From NCBI GenBank assembly GCA_903936565.1, contig CAIZVZ010000001.1, forward strand, positions 29,401-93,400: 64,000 nt of DNA. Reading direction: 5' to 3'. Shown here one piece after another: positions 1-8,709 of the stretch. The first letter of the stretch is position 1, and each line of letters starts with the position of its first letter. The DNA is from an uncultured bacterium. GTDB lineage: Bacteria; Patescibacteriota; Minisyncoccia; Phycocordibacterales; CAIZLB01. Both the position numbers and the translations under genes were made by a program. The notes under the pieces were generated by a model. It saw only the letters and a list, made by a program, of their open reading frames with translations. It made no database searches and was not told where the DNA came from.

Positions 1-57
1 CTAGCAAGAATACAAAGAGCCGAAACATTTTTGAAAGAGAAGTTGGTACTTTCATAG
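1..57 (+). CDS. 3' end of an upstream gene (partial); in-frame ...LARIQRAETFLKEKLVLS* ending with TAG at 55-57
   Basis: Open frame running off the 5' window edge and ending at TAG 55-57; no product call possible. Confidence 0.25.
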   Translation, partial: LARIQRAETFLKEKLVLS

Positions 58-130
58 AGAACACCAACCTACGAGCAAAGTTGATAATTTCCATGAAAGT
101 CACAAACAAAAATAAGAAAACATACCAACA

Positions 131-1450
131 ATGAACATTAAAAATATTAAGATGAATTCAAAAAAATACTTCTATATCACTAGTGTTTTAATCGTCCTTA
201 TCTTAATATTTCAAATGAGTCCCTCAATTATTCATAAAGCATATTCCGCTACAGCTGAAGAATTGCAAGCAAAAATTGATGAAAAAAATAAGAATATTGA
301 GGCATTAAATAAAGAGATTCAGCTTTATGCCGATCTAACTGACAAGACGTCAAAAGAGGCGAAGACTCTTCAAAATAAAATCAAATCCTTAACTCAGAAC
401 GGCAAGATGTTGGATTCTGATATCAAGAAAACAAAGTCACAGATTAGCGTAGCTAATTTAGCTATACAAAAAATTGGAATAAACATTAAATCTTCCGAGG
501 ACAAGACTTCCCATTTTAGAAGTGTGATTGAACATGAACTCAAGGTTATTCAGTTTAATGAAGACACCTCTTTTGTTGAAAACATTCTCGGTAAAAGAAA
601 TTTATCAGACGCCTTGGTGGAAGTTGATAACATTAGAAAACTTAATGAGAACTTGGGTAAAGAGATAGATTCTTTGAAATCTGAAAAACAAATTCTTCTA
701 GAAAACAAGACCAAGAAGGAAGAAACAAAGAAACAATTAACAACCCTTCAGACTGAGCTATCTGGAAAGAAAAAAGTTGTTGAAGAAAACAAACAGGAAC
801 AGTCACAAATACTTAAGGAGACCAAAAACAAAGAGCAGACATATCAGCAGATCCTAGCCCAAAGAAAAGCCCAGAAAGAGGCCTTAGATAAGGAGTTATT
901 TGACTATGAGGCAGCACTTAAGTATACTCTAAATCCGTCCTTGATACCCACGTCGACATCAAAAGCTGCCTTCATTTGGCCATTTGATAAGGTCATAATT
1001 ACCCAATTATTCGGTAAAACATCTGCTTCAAAAAGGCTTTACGTCTCAGGAACACATAACGGAATAGACTTTGGAGCTAAAGTTGGAACACCGGTTAAAG
1101 CTGTAGCAAATGGGGTTGTTGCAGGAGCGGGGGACACAGACCTAACTTGCAAGGGCGCATCATTTGGGCGATGGATTTTGATAAAATTTGATAATGGATT
1201 AGCTGCCACATATGGCCACCTTTCAGTTATAAGTGTCACAGAGGGACAAAGGGTCACATCTGGAGAAATCATAGGCTACTCTGGTAACACTGGGTATTCT
1301 ACTGGACCGCACCTCCACATGAGTGTGTATGATGCGAGCGTGGTAAAAGCCGAAACCAGACCGAGTGTATCTTGTGGAGGAAAAATTTATAGAATGCCAA
1401 TCGCTCCAGTTGGTGCATACCTTGACCCTCGAGTGTATTTTCCAAAATAA
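131..1450 (+). CDS. M23 family metallopeptidase with N-terminal signal/TM and long coiled-coil (EnvC/LytM-like murein hydrolase activator/endopeptidase)
   Basis: N-terminal hydrophobic segment, ~250 aa K/E/Q-rich coiled coil, C-terminal LytM motifs HNGIDF and GNTGYSTGPHLHMSVY (HxxxD...HxH). Confidence 0.8.
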   Translation: MNIKNIKMNSKKYFYITSVLIVLILIFQMSPSIIHKAYSATAEELQAKIDEKNKNIEALNKEIQLYADLTDKTSKEAKTLQNKIKSLTQNGKMLDSDIKKTKSQISVANLAIQKIGINIKSSEDKTSHFRSVIEHELKVIQFNEDTSFVENILGKRNLSDALVEVDNIRKLNENLGKEIDSLKSEKQILLENKTKKEETKKQLTTLQTELSGKKKVVEENKQEQSQILKETKNKEQTYQQILAQRKAQKEALDKELFDYEAALKYTLNPSLIPTSTSKAAFIWPFDKVIITQLFGKTSASKRLYVSGTHNGIDFGAKVGTPVKAVANGVVAGAGDTDLTCKGASFGRWILIKFDNGLAATYGHLSVISVTEGQRVTSGEIIGYSGNTGYSTGPHLHMSVYDASVVKAETRPSVSCGGKIYRMPIAPVGAYLDPRVYFPK

Positions 1451-1526
1451 ATATAATCTAAAAACAAATATTTGAATAGTATAAAAGAATAGTAATTAAA
1501 ATTGAATTAAAAAACCAGATAAATAC

Positions 1527-3452
1527 ATGTGTGGAATTACAGGAATAATAGGAAATAAAAATCTAACATCTGGAACAATAGATTCTATGGTTGATATTAT
1601 TAGCCATAGAGGTCCAGATGACAGAGGGGTTCTAAAAGAAGACTCCTTTGCTTTTGGAATGCGAAGACTTTCAATAATTGATCTTGCCGGAGGACATCAA
1701 CCTATATCTAATGAAGACGGTACAATCACCGTTGTATTTAATGGAGAAATTTATAATTACAAAGAACTTCAGCCCGAGCTAATTGCCAGAGGGCATAAAT
1801 TTAAAACCGCAAGCGACACGGAAGGTCTTGTTCATCTATATGAGGAATACGGTAAAGATATGGTTAAGCATTTACGCGGAATGTTTGCATTTGCAATTTA
1901 TGATTCTAACAAGAAGCAGATCTTTATTGCTAGAGATAACTTTGGTATCAAGCCCTTATATTTCTCAACCGATAAAGATGCTACCTACGAGTCTAATCCA
2001 AACGGTGGAAACATTCTATCTTTTGGATCAGAAATTAAAAGCATATTACTAGACCCTCGCATAAAGAAAGAAATTAACCACGAAGGAGTATATCAATATC
2101 TCGCATTTCAGTATAATCCACTTAATGAAACAATGTTCAAGAGGATTTTCAAGTTGACCCCAGGCCATCACTTAACTATTGATTTAAGCAGGGAAAATGA
2201 ATCACCGTTTACAGTTGAACAATATTGGGAGTATAAATTTAATAATACAAATCAAGGGGATAAAAAAAATACTGAAGAATTATTTGCTCAGAGGACAAAG
2301 TCAATAATAACTGATTCTGTTAATCACCACATGATTAGCGATGTGCCAGTTGGAGTATTTCTTTCAGGTGGAATTGATAGTGGAATAATTGCCACCCTTG
2401 TTCAAGAAGAAAGGGATAAAATTAACGCTGGACCAGTCTCAACCTTTACAATAGGCTTCAAAGAAGTTAGTGAACATGCAAAGGCTAGGGAAGTGGCAAA
2501 TAAAATTGGCTCAAATCATAATGAAATTGAAATAACTTTTGAAGAATACCTGAATGAATTACCCAATATTGTTTGGTACTTTGATGAACCGGTTGCTGAT
2601 CCATCTGCTGTATCACTTTTCTTCCTCGCTAGGGAAGCGCGTAAGCAGGTCAAGGTTGTTCTCTCTGGAGAGGGTGCAGATGAGCTATTTGGAGGATACA
2701 ATATTTACAGAGAACCTATTGATGTTCGCCCACTTAGCTGTCTACCATTTATTGTGAAGAAATATTTTCTGCGTCCTTTTTTAAAATTGCCATTTAATTT
2801 TATCGGAAAAAATTATATCAGAAGGGGAGTGACTAGGTTGGAAGATAGGTATATTGGCAATGCAAATATTTTTACTGAGAAAGATAGAAATTTAATCTGG
2901 AAAAAAGACAAATATTCTCCAAAGTTTTTACCAAGAAAGGTCTTAGCTGGAGTTTATGAAAAAATAAGAGGGGAGAATGACTCAAGAAAAATGCAGTATG
3001 TTGATATTAAAACATGGCTTCGTGGCGACATCTTAGCGAAGGCTGACAAGATGACTATGGCCAACTCACTTGAGCTTCGAGTTCCCTTCTTGGACAAAGA
3101 AGTTGCGGAGTTCTCAGAAACAATTCCTGATAAGTTCAAATACAAAGATAAGAAAACCAAGTATATATTAAGACAAGCCTTTGCCAGCATCCTACCTAAA
3201 ACAACTTCAGATAGAAAGAAGCTAGGCTTCCCAACGCCATTTGGTGCATGGCTTAAGGATAGTCCAGATGAAGTTATGGATATCATACTTAAAAATGAAT
3301 ACATCAAAGAGTATATGAATATGGACTTCATTGAAGATCTGGTCAAAAAGCACGTTAGCGGAAAGATTATAGGAAAGGTAGATATATCAAGAAAGATTTA
3401 TGCACTATTAATGCTTTCTCTATGGTATAATGAATTCATAAAAGCAAAATAA
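1527..3452 (+). CDS. asnB: asparagine synthetase B (glutamine-hydrolysing)
   Basis: N-terminal MCGITG class-II amidotransferase nucleophile, PP-loop SGGIDSG, typical AsnB length 641 aa. Confidence 0.9.
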   Translation: MCGITGIIGNKNLTSGTIDSMVDIISHRGPDDRGVLKEDSFAFGMRRLSIIDLAGGHQPISNEDGTITVVFNGEIYNYKELQPELIARGHKFKTASDTEGLVHLYEEYGKDMVKHLRGMFAFAIYDSNKKQIFIARDNFGIKPLYFSTDKDATYESNPNGGNILSFGSEIKSILLDPRIKKEINHEGVYQYLAFQYNPLNETMFKRIFKLTPGHHLTIDLSRENESPFTVEQYWEYKFNNTNQGDKKNTEELFAQRTKSIITDSVNHHMISDVPVGVFLSGGIDSGIIATLVQEERDKINAGPVSTFTIGFKEVSEHAKAREVANKIGSNHNEIEITFEEYLNELPNIVWYFDEPVADPSAVSLFFLAREARKQVKVVLSGEGADELFGGYNIYREPIDVRPLSCLPFIVKKYFLRPFLKLPFNFIGKNYIRRGVTRLEDRYIGNANIFTEKDRNLIWKKDKYSPKFLPRKVLAGVYEKIRGENDSRKMQYVDIKTWLRGDILAKADKMTMANSLELRVPFLDKEVAEFSETIPDKFKYKDKKTKYILRQAFASILPKTTSDRKKLGFPTPFGAWLKDSPDEVMDIILKNEYIKEYMNMDFIEDLVKKHVSGKIIGKVDISRKIYALLMLSLWYNEFIKAK

Positions 3453-3472
3453 CAAAAACAATAATCTATTTT

Positions 3473-3721
3473 ATGAAAAATAAATTCTTAAGTCAGCTAT
3501 CTAATCGCCCAAGAGAAATTAACAACAAAGGCTTTATAGAGATCATAGTTGTAATTATTGTTGCTCTCGTATTACTTAATCTAATTGGAATAGATTTAAA
3601 AGCCGTTTTAGCTAAGGAGTCCGTTAAGCAATTCTTTGGATATGCTAAGGATATGACAATCCTAGTTTGGAATGATTTAAAACTAATTGTGGAGTTTATA
3701 AGAAATTTGGCGAACAACTAA
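3473..3721 (+). CDS. small membrane protein, hypothetical
   Basis: 82 aa ORF with one clear TM helix (IEIIVVIIVALVLLNLIG); an antisense ORF overlaps it, so the strand call is tentative. Confidence 0.3.
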   Translation: MKNKFLSQLSNRPREINNKGFIEIIVVIIVALVLLNLIGIDLKAVLAKESVKQFFGYAKDMTILVWNDLKLIVEFIRNLANN

Positions 3722-3806
3722 TCAATAAACAACTAATCAAAAGTGCCCCCGCCAAGATTTGTAAATCTACTTGCGGGAGCGACGAAATGTACCACACCAC
3801 CAGGTA

Positions 3807-4244
3807 TCAGAGAACCCTGATATTGGTGGTGGCGCCAATAAGGTGGCGGAAAACCTGAACGAAGATCTCGTAGCCATCGTGCGGATTCTCAACACGATGA
3901 CGAACTTGAGCCAGAACGTCCGCCAACTCAGTGAAGAAATCCTTCTCTGCTGCCGTAGTTGGTGTAGAGCAATCTGCATTATTGGAGACCCCGCAAATAA
4001 ATTCCGTAGAATGGATTGCGATTGTGTCACCGGTGCAGATTTCTTCCGGTTGAATTTTTGCTTGATAGAGTGCGGCTATGGCACCTCTTTGTTCCGGTTG
4101 CCAATCTGCCCAGAGCAATTGTATTGGTTTCATATTTCGATTACTAGCTTGGTGTTTGATTCGATTTGTTGCGTTAGGATTCGCGATTATTACAACAAAG
4201 GTCTCACTAAAGACATTTGCGATCACGGACCCATTTCCCAACAA
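3807..4244 (-). CDS. hypothetical protein encoded in a GC-rich islet (coding strand ambiguous; a 160-aa ORF also exists on + at 3771..4253)
   Basis: Local GC and GC3 clearly above flanks; minus-strand product less Cys/Arg-biased than the + alternative; imperfect hairpin plus T-run downstream on minus (3745-3790); TGA stop. Confidence 0.3.
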   Translation of the reverse strand: MLGNGSVIANVFSETFVVIIANPNATNRIKHQASNRNMKPIQLLWADWQPEQRGAIAALYQAKIQPEEICTGDTIAIHSTEFICGVSNNADCSTPTTAAEKDFFTELADVLAQVRHRVENPHDGYEIFVQVFRHLIGATTNIRVL

Positions 4245-4876
4245 ATTGACTAATTTTTGACGTCACAGAATCGCTCTACAGGCTCGATAAAATATCCAGA
4301 CGATAATTTATACCTATATGTTTTAATCAAAAAGTATTTATTTAAGTATAAATTACTTTTCGTTTTTTTGATCTTAACCTAGTCTGATTTTACGAAACAA
4401 GAGGGAAGTGGCCATCTAGCCAAATCCATTAATTCCCAAAACCTGTTCTAAGTTAAAATTTCAAAATCCACATACATAAGTCAGATCCAAGTCCGAGGAA
4501 AATGATATACCATAAGTCGCTCATGGTCAAAGAAAAGAGGATGCTTAACAGGTCAACATAAGCCAACTTCAAGCTAAAATCAATTTTATAGCCGAGGTAG
4601 CAACGGCCCTTATTTATATATATGTATGTCGCAAAAGATATATTGTGCGACGTGCCTATATTCTTAAACCCCGTTTCCCTGCATCCATTAAGGCCAGCTG
4701 ATTGATTGCGCTAAAATTGTTTTGAATTTCAAAACTGCCGGACTCTCCCACCTTTTAACTTTTATGAAAACTTTTCTACTTTAATTATTCAAATTTGAAA
4801 TTTCGTGAATTTTTGAAATTTGGCATAACTTAGCCAGCAGGCACCACTTCCCCGTTTTTGATAAAATTTCAACTGA

Positions 4877-5269
4877 CTAGGCTACTTGGCGGATCTCCAA
4901 AAACAGACTTAGACTATCAAGCGGAACAAAACTTATAGCAAAGCAATCTAACCCCATATCATTTGTTTGTTCTGAGAAGTAAATAGGCTTACCCTTTGCT
5001 ACTGCATACCCAAGTTCAAGCTTACAACTTGTTCCCATGTAGCCGCCTGGGGTTATCAAGTAAACAATATCGGCAGTATTGATGGCGTCGTAGTGTTCCA
5101 GGGCGAGCCTTTTCTTTTCCTCAATAGAGTCAGCATCATCTTTATTATTTGAACTGTAATCAATATTAGGAAAAAGAGGTTCTAGTCCAAGACCCTTTAG
5201 TTCAGCAATGGTGTTACGGACCAGATCACGATATTTCATACTACATCCAAGGACAATTTTCATGGGCAC
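4877..5269 (-). CDS. nucleoside 2-deoxyribosyltransferase-like / DNPH1(Rcl)-like protein
   Basis: Motif ADIVYLITPGGYMGTSCKLELGYAVAKGKPIYF matches the conserved ...S.G...E.GYA.A.GKP.. core of the 2-deoxyribosyltransferase-like Rossmann family. Confidence 0.5.
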   Translation of the reverse strand: MPMKIVLGCSMKYRDLVRNTIAELKGLGLEPLFPNIDYSSNNKDDADSIEEKKRLALEHYDAINTADIVYLITPGGYMGTSCKLELGYAVAKGKPIYFSEQTNDMGLDCFAISFVPLDSLSLFLEIRQVA

Positions 5270-5282
5270 ATTTTAGTATAGA

Positions 5283-5318
5283 ACATAACAAAACACCACC
5301 CCTTTCGGAGCGGTGTTT
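5283..5318 (-). terminator. rho-independent terminator (imperfect hairpin aacaccacccc/ggagcggtgtt followed by T-tract on minus strand)
   Basis: Hairpin plus T-run read on minus strand, downstream of CDS 5399..6037. Confidence 0.45.
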
Positions 5319-5398
5319 TGTTTAGATAGTTTTTTTATTCTGTGCAATGAATATTACATATCACTAATTGCAACTTCGTGGCCACTTATCTCCACTTG

Positions 5399-6037
5399 TT
5401 ACTTAATATTATCAGCTAGTATTTTGTTAGTATTGGCAGACATAGCCTTAGCTACTTCTGACTTTTTCCAACAAGGAGCTGATGATATCCATGGGGCTGT
5501 ACCCTCTTCCTCGTAAAGCAACTTGGCATATGCCATGTTACCCTCTGCGGAATAGATATCCATTCCCAACTTCTTAGCACGCTTTGCGTGGTAATATTCA
5601 TTAACTTGAGCTATACCAATGTCTTGGCTATTAGCTATTCCTCTAAGGGCAGTACCGTCTGCGTTAAATTGTCTAAATCTTGACTCACATTTAACGATCT
5701 CTGCCATTATAGGCGTATCCTTGAAATATAATCTAACCTTACTTTCTATTTCTGCGTTTCTATCAAGTTTAACTGTCTTTGCTTCTGGAGCTGCAACAGC
5801 ATCATTAATTGACTCTGCCTCTGCTACCTTAACAAAACTGATTTGTCTTGAAGATGTTGCGGTTATTGATGATTGTGTACTGGTTTCAGTTATCACAGGA
5901 TTGTCTGTTCCTACCATACCGGAAACAATCATCGCCATACCTATTGTAAGTTGTAAAATAAAGAATCTATTATGTTTGTAATGCGCATGTCTATGTCTGA
6001 GTTGGCTATACGCTTGCACGGAACTTAAAAAGCACAT
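5399..6037 (-). CDS. membrane-anchored lytic transglycosylase-like (lysozyme-like fold) protein
   Basis: N-terminal TM helix; C-terminal CESRFRQFNADG...DIGIAQVNEYYH resembles the family-1 lytic transglycosylase ES...GLMQ catalytic region. Confidence 0.5.
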   Translation of the reverse strand: MCFLSSVQAYSQLRHRHAHYKHNRFFILQLTIGMAMIVSGMVGTDNPVITETSTQSSITATSSRQISFVKVAEAESINDAVAAPEAKTVKLDRNAEIESKVRLYFKDTPIMAEIVKCESRFRQFNADGTALRGIANSQDIGIAQVNEYYHAKRAKKLGMDIYSAEGNMAYAKLLYEEEGTAPWISSAPCWKKSEVAKAMSANTNKILADNIK

Positions 6038-6283
6038 CCTTATGTGCTATGCCAATATACTAGCATGGCCAGCCAAATAAGTCAACCATTTTAGGGGTAC
6101 TTTTACCCCCTAAAAACACTAAAGTAGGGCTATACATAAGGATATAATCAATACAATATAGTTGACTATGCGTCAATCTATGTGTTTTAGTTTTAAGCCT
6201 TAAACATAGCCGTACAATCTTAAAAATGCCAATTTGGTCATTTTGGTATTATCCACATCCTCCACCCTAAAATACTTGACTTC

Positions 6284-6520
6284 TTATTTTGTCTTCTTAG
6301 CGGGCCTTTTCTTACTTTGCATCAAGATATCGTTCTGAAGGGTTAACTCCTTTTTAAAGGTCTCTCCTGCCCTATCAAGGGTCTTTGTATCGCAATTAAG
6401 GACAATACTAGCCGGCGTTCTATAGAGCCGTAGTAGATAAACCAATAAGCCGAAATTAGCCACCCCCAAGAGGATTGCTACCATGAAAATCCAAAAATGT
6501 ATTGATATTTTACTCATCAT
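6284..6520 (-). CDS. small membrane protein, hypothetical
   Basis: 78 aa with one TM helix (FWIFMVAILLGVANFGLLVYLL), basic C-terminus. Confidence 0.35.
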   Translation of the reverse strand: MMSKISIHFWIFMVAILLGVANFGLLVYLLRLYRTPASIVLNCDTKTLDRAGETFKKELTLQNDILMQSKKRPAKKTK

Positions 6521-6680
6521 AGGTTATACTGATGACCACTTCTCATATGGCACCAGCTGGGATATCATCTCATGATCGCCCCAAAGAAGTCATAAAGATT
6601 TTATAAAGATTTCCAAATTTTTAATAGAGTCTCAAAAGGAATGTTTTAAAATCCCAAATAACACAAAATAAGATAATAAT

Positions 6681-6953
6681 ATGGCAACAAAAAAAGCTGG
6701 AGGTTCAGCTAAAAACCTAACAGATTCAAATCCACAATACCTAGGTATAAAACTATACGCAGGTGAGCGTGCTCAAACTGGATCAATAATCGTAAGACAA
6801 AGAGGAACAAAGATCATGGCTGGTAAGAACGTAGGAGTTGGTAAAGACCACACTCTATACGCAACAGCCCCTGGTGTTGTAGAGTACTCAACAAAGAGAA
6901 AGGTAGACTTCGATAACAAGGTAAGCAAGAAGAAGGTTGTTAATGTTAAATAG
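6681..6953 (+). CDS. rpmA: 50S ribosomal protein L27
   Basis: [12 protein letters not shown]...[11 protein letters not shown]...GKDHTLYA is the canonical L27 sequence. Confidence 0.92.
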   Translation: MATKKAGGSAKNLTDSNPQYLGIKLYAGERAQTGSIIVRQRGTKIMAGKNVGVGKDHTLYATAPGVVEYSTKRKVDFDNKVSKKKVVNVK

Positions 6954-6986
6954 GTAGAACCCTTAAACTTTACAGTTAATAAAATG

Positions 6987-7013
6987 CCCGCCGTGATTGG
7001 CGGGTGTTTTGTT
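6987..7013 (+). terminator. rho-independent terminator of rpmA (cccgcc-gtgatt-ggcggg then TGTTTTGTT)
   Basis: 6-bp GC stem, 6-nt loop, T-tract immediately after; 34 nt downstream of the rpmA stop. Confidence 0.6.
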
Positions 7014-7028
7014 GGAATAATATTTCAG

Positions 7029-7061
7029 ATAAAAAAATAGACGCCGGCAGATTTGCCGGCG
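7029..7061 (-). terminator. rho-independent terminator for minus-strand gene 7089..8249 (cgccggc-agattt-gccggcg plus T-tract on minus)
   Basis: Perfect 7-bp GC stem; complement of aaaaaaata supplies the U-tract on minus strand. Confidence 0.55.
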
Positions 7062-7088
7062 CCCGTAGGTGCCACACTATTGAACTCG

Positions 7089-8249
7089 TCAGCCGTTACC
7101 GTTACTGCCATTGTAGTTGTACGGCGGATAGTACGGATCTGCTGGTTCCACGACATCCCCGATATTCCAAGCGGGGATTACGTAGTAGATGCCAGGCTCC
7201 GTGATGGGTAGGTTGAAACTCATAACGTTTTGGGTCGTATCAAGGCTTGGGGTGTAGGACACCCATTGCGAAGTCCCCGATTTCCGAACCAAAGCCGATG
7301 TAAACCATTTTCCTTCCGTGGTCCAAAAAGACACCTTGGAAGTAAGTGGGTGAGTCACCTTCAGCTCGGCAGTGATGTTGTCACCGTACCCACCTTTGAC
7401 GGTTGGAACGGCCACAAAGACATCACAGTCTTGCAGAGTAACCGTGCCCATAATACTCGCTTGGAACCTGGCGGCGTAGGCTGCGGAGCGCACTGGAACT
7501 CCACCTTTCCCAACATTCCAATACACCCAGTTGCCGACATAGGTACCATTGGTGTTAGGAGAAACGTGATTTGGTTGATTGCTAGTGTAAACCGCAAGAA
7601 TCCGATTCCCGCCCGTAAGCTGTTTTGGGTAGTAAACTTTCCCATTGCTGACCTGCAGGTTGTGGGTGTTCTGAGTACGACCGTTATCATCCAGTTCGTC
7701 CACAAACGCCGATTCGGCGCCGGGGATTGAAATTGGAATCAAGTCGGCCATTTTCAGGGCAAGACTCTTGTAGTCCTCAGGCATCACGTGGTTACCGTGC
7801 GAGTCCGTCACCAACATGAATTGTTTGGACCCACTAAATAGCAAGTCCCAATTGTCGTTGTAAACGGCTGCCCACGTGAAGAGTGGGTCGTCGTAGTTGA
7901 CCACGTCCACAGACAAACTAATGCTGTGGATGGTGTTGATAATCCCCGCGGCTGAGGCTTCCATCACCAAGGTCTGCGCGTTTGCCTTGTTACCGGTCGG
8001 CAGAGACGCGCTGATACTGATCGAGACACCGTACGCCTGTTCCTCGGCATAGGTCTGCAACATGTGCTTCGACATCAGCATTGGAAGCGCTGACTGGTTT
8101 GCCGGAGTGACCATTTGCTGAACCTGAGTGATCGGGGTTGGCGCCGATGGGACGGTTGGAGTTGATGTTGGTTCCCCCTGCCCTAGCGCGGTGAGCGCAA
8201 GGAGGGCCGATGTGATTAGCGCGCTGAGCGCATTGATTTTCGTTTTCAT
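7089..8249 (-). CDS. secreted hypothetical protein (signal peptide), GC-rich island gene 1
   Basis: N-terminal MKTKINALSALITSALLALTALG signal; GC and GC3 far above genome background; TGA stop. Confidence 0.6.
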   Translation of the reverse strand: MKTKINALSALITSALLALTALGQGEPTSTPTVPSAPTPITQVQQMVTPANQSALPMLMSKHMLQTYAEEQAYGVSISISASLPTGNKANAQTLVMEASAAGIINTIHSISLSVDVVNYDDPLFTWAAVYNDNWDLLFSGSKQFMLVTDSHGNHVMPEDYKSLALKMADLIPISIPGAESAFVDELDDNGRTQNTHNLQVSNGKVYYPKQLTGGNRILAVYTSNQPNHVSPNTNGTYVGNWVYWNVGKGGVPVRSAAYAARFQASIMGTVTLQDCDVFVAVPTVKGGYGDNITAELKVTHPLTSKVSFWTTEGKWFTSALVRKSGTSQWVSYTPSLDTTQNVMSFNLPITEPGIYYVIPAWNIGDVVEPADPYYPPYNYNGSNGNG

Positions 8250-8311
8250 GCGATTTCTGTATTTCCTGTATTTTCTGTGTTTGCTTTTTCTGTACCTATT
8301 CGTTGTTCTTG

Positions 8312-8572
8312 CTATTCTTCCAATGTTGGGCTGATGCGCAGCCCGTCAAAGTGAAGTACTTTTTTCCCATCAGCCGCGGACTGCGGATGTGGTGTTGCGA
8401 CCAACTCCTTTGCGGGAGTGGCCGTTGATGTTTGTTCACCCTGGGAAGGTTTGAATTTTCCACAGACGATAGCAATGGCGCCCAAAAGGCACACCACCGC
8501 GACAATAATGCTCGGTTTGTTCATTTTCATATTCAGTTGGCAAAGATTCACTGCCAAAAAGAACCGTATCAT
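8312..8572 (-). CDS. small secreted/lipoprotein-like hypothetical (likely start at internal MKMNKPSIIVAVV, ~8530)
   Basis: Signal-like segment IIVAVVCLLGAIAIVCG; inside the GC-rich island. Confidence 0.4.
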   Translation of the reverse strand: MIRFFLAVNLCQLNMKMNKPSIIVAVVCLLGAIAIVCGKFKPSQGEQTSTATPAKELVATPHPQSAADGKKVLHFDGLRISPTLEE

Positions 8573-8709
8573 GATTTGATATATATGTCAATAGTGCTCA
8601 TTGAAGATACATCTAAAATACTAAGTATTATAAGGATAATATTTAACAAAAAATCACCCCGACTCTCGCGAGCCGGGGCGTGGGGATGTAACCCAAACAT
8701 AATGAATGG

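Noticed and set aside
1039-3346. Several 60-130-aa ORFs antisense to the M23 peptidase gene and asnB (1039..1272, 2516..2701, 2554..2757, 2954..3346)
   Set aside because: Fully nested in strongly supported genes on the other strand; no motifs; treated as spurious.
3771-4253. 160-aa plus-strand ORF in the GC-rich islet
   Set aside because: Cys/Arg-rich, low-complexity translation typical of the antisense frame of a GC-rich gene; minus-strand ORF 3807..4244 preferred, though neither is verified.
4403-4852. Long-range 9-bp complementarity GGGAAGUGG/CCACUUCCC interpreted as a P1-like closing helix of an RNase P or tmRNA gene
   Set aside because: No tRNA-like T-arm or tag-peptide ORF for tmRNA, no convincing CR-I/CR-V P4 pairing for RNase P, and a single 9-bp match within 600 bp is expected by chance; kept only as a low-confidence candidate ncRNA region.
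6251-6259. Perfect DnaA-box consensus TTATCCACA (also at 28023-28031), raising the possibility of oriC
   Set aside because: Two 9-mers in 64 kb of AT-rich DNA is about what chance predicts (~0.8 expected on both strands); no clustering of boxes, no dnaA/dnaN nearby.
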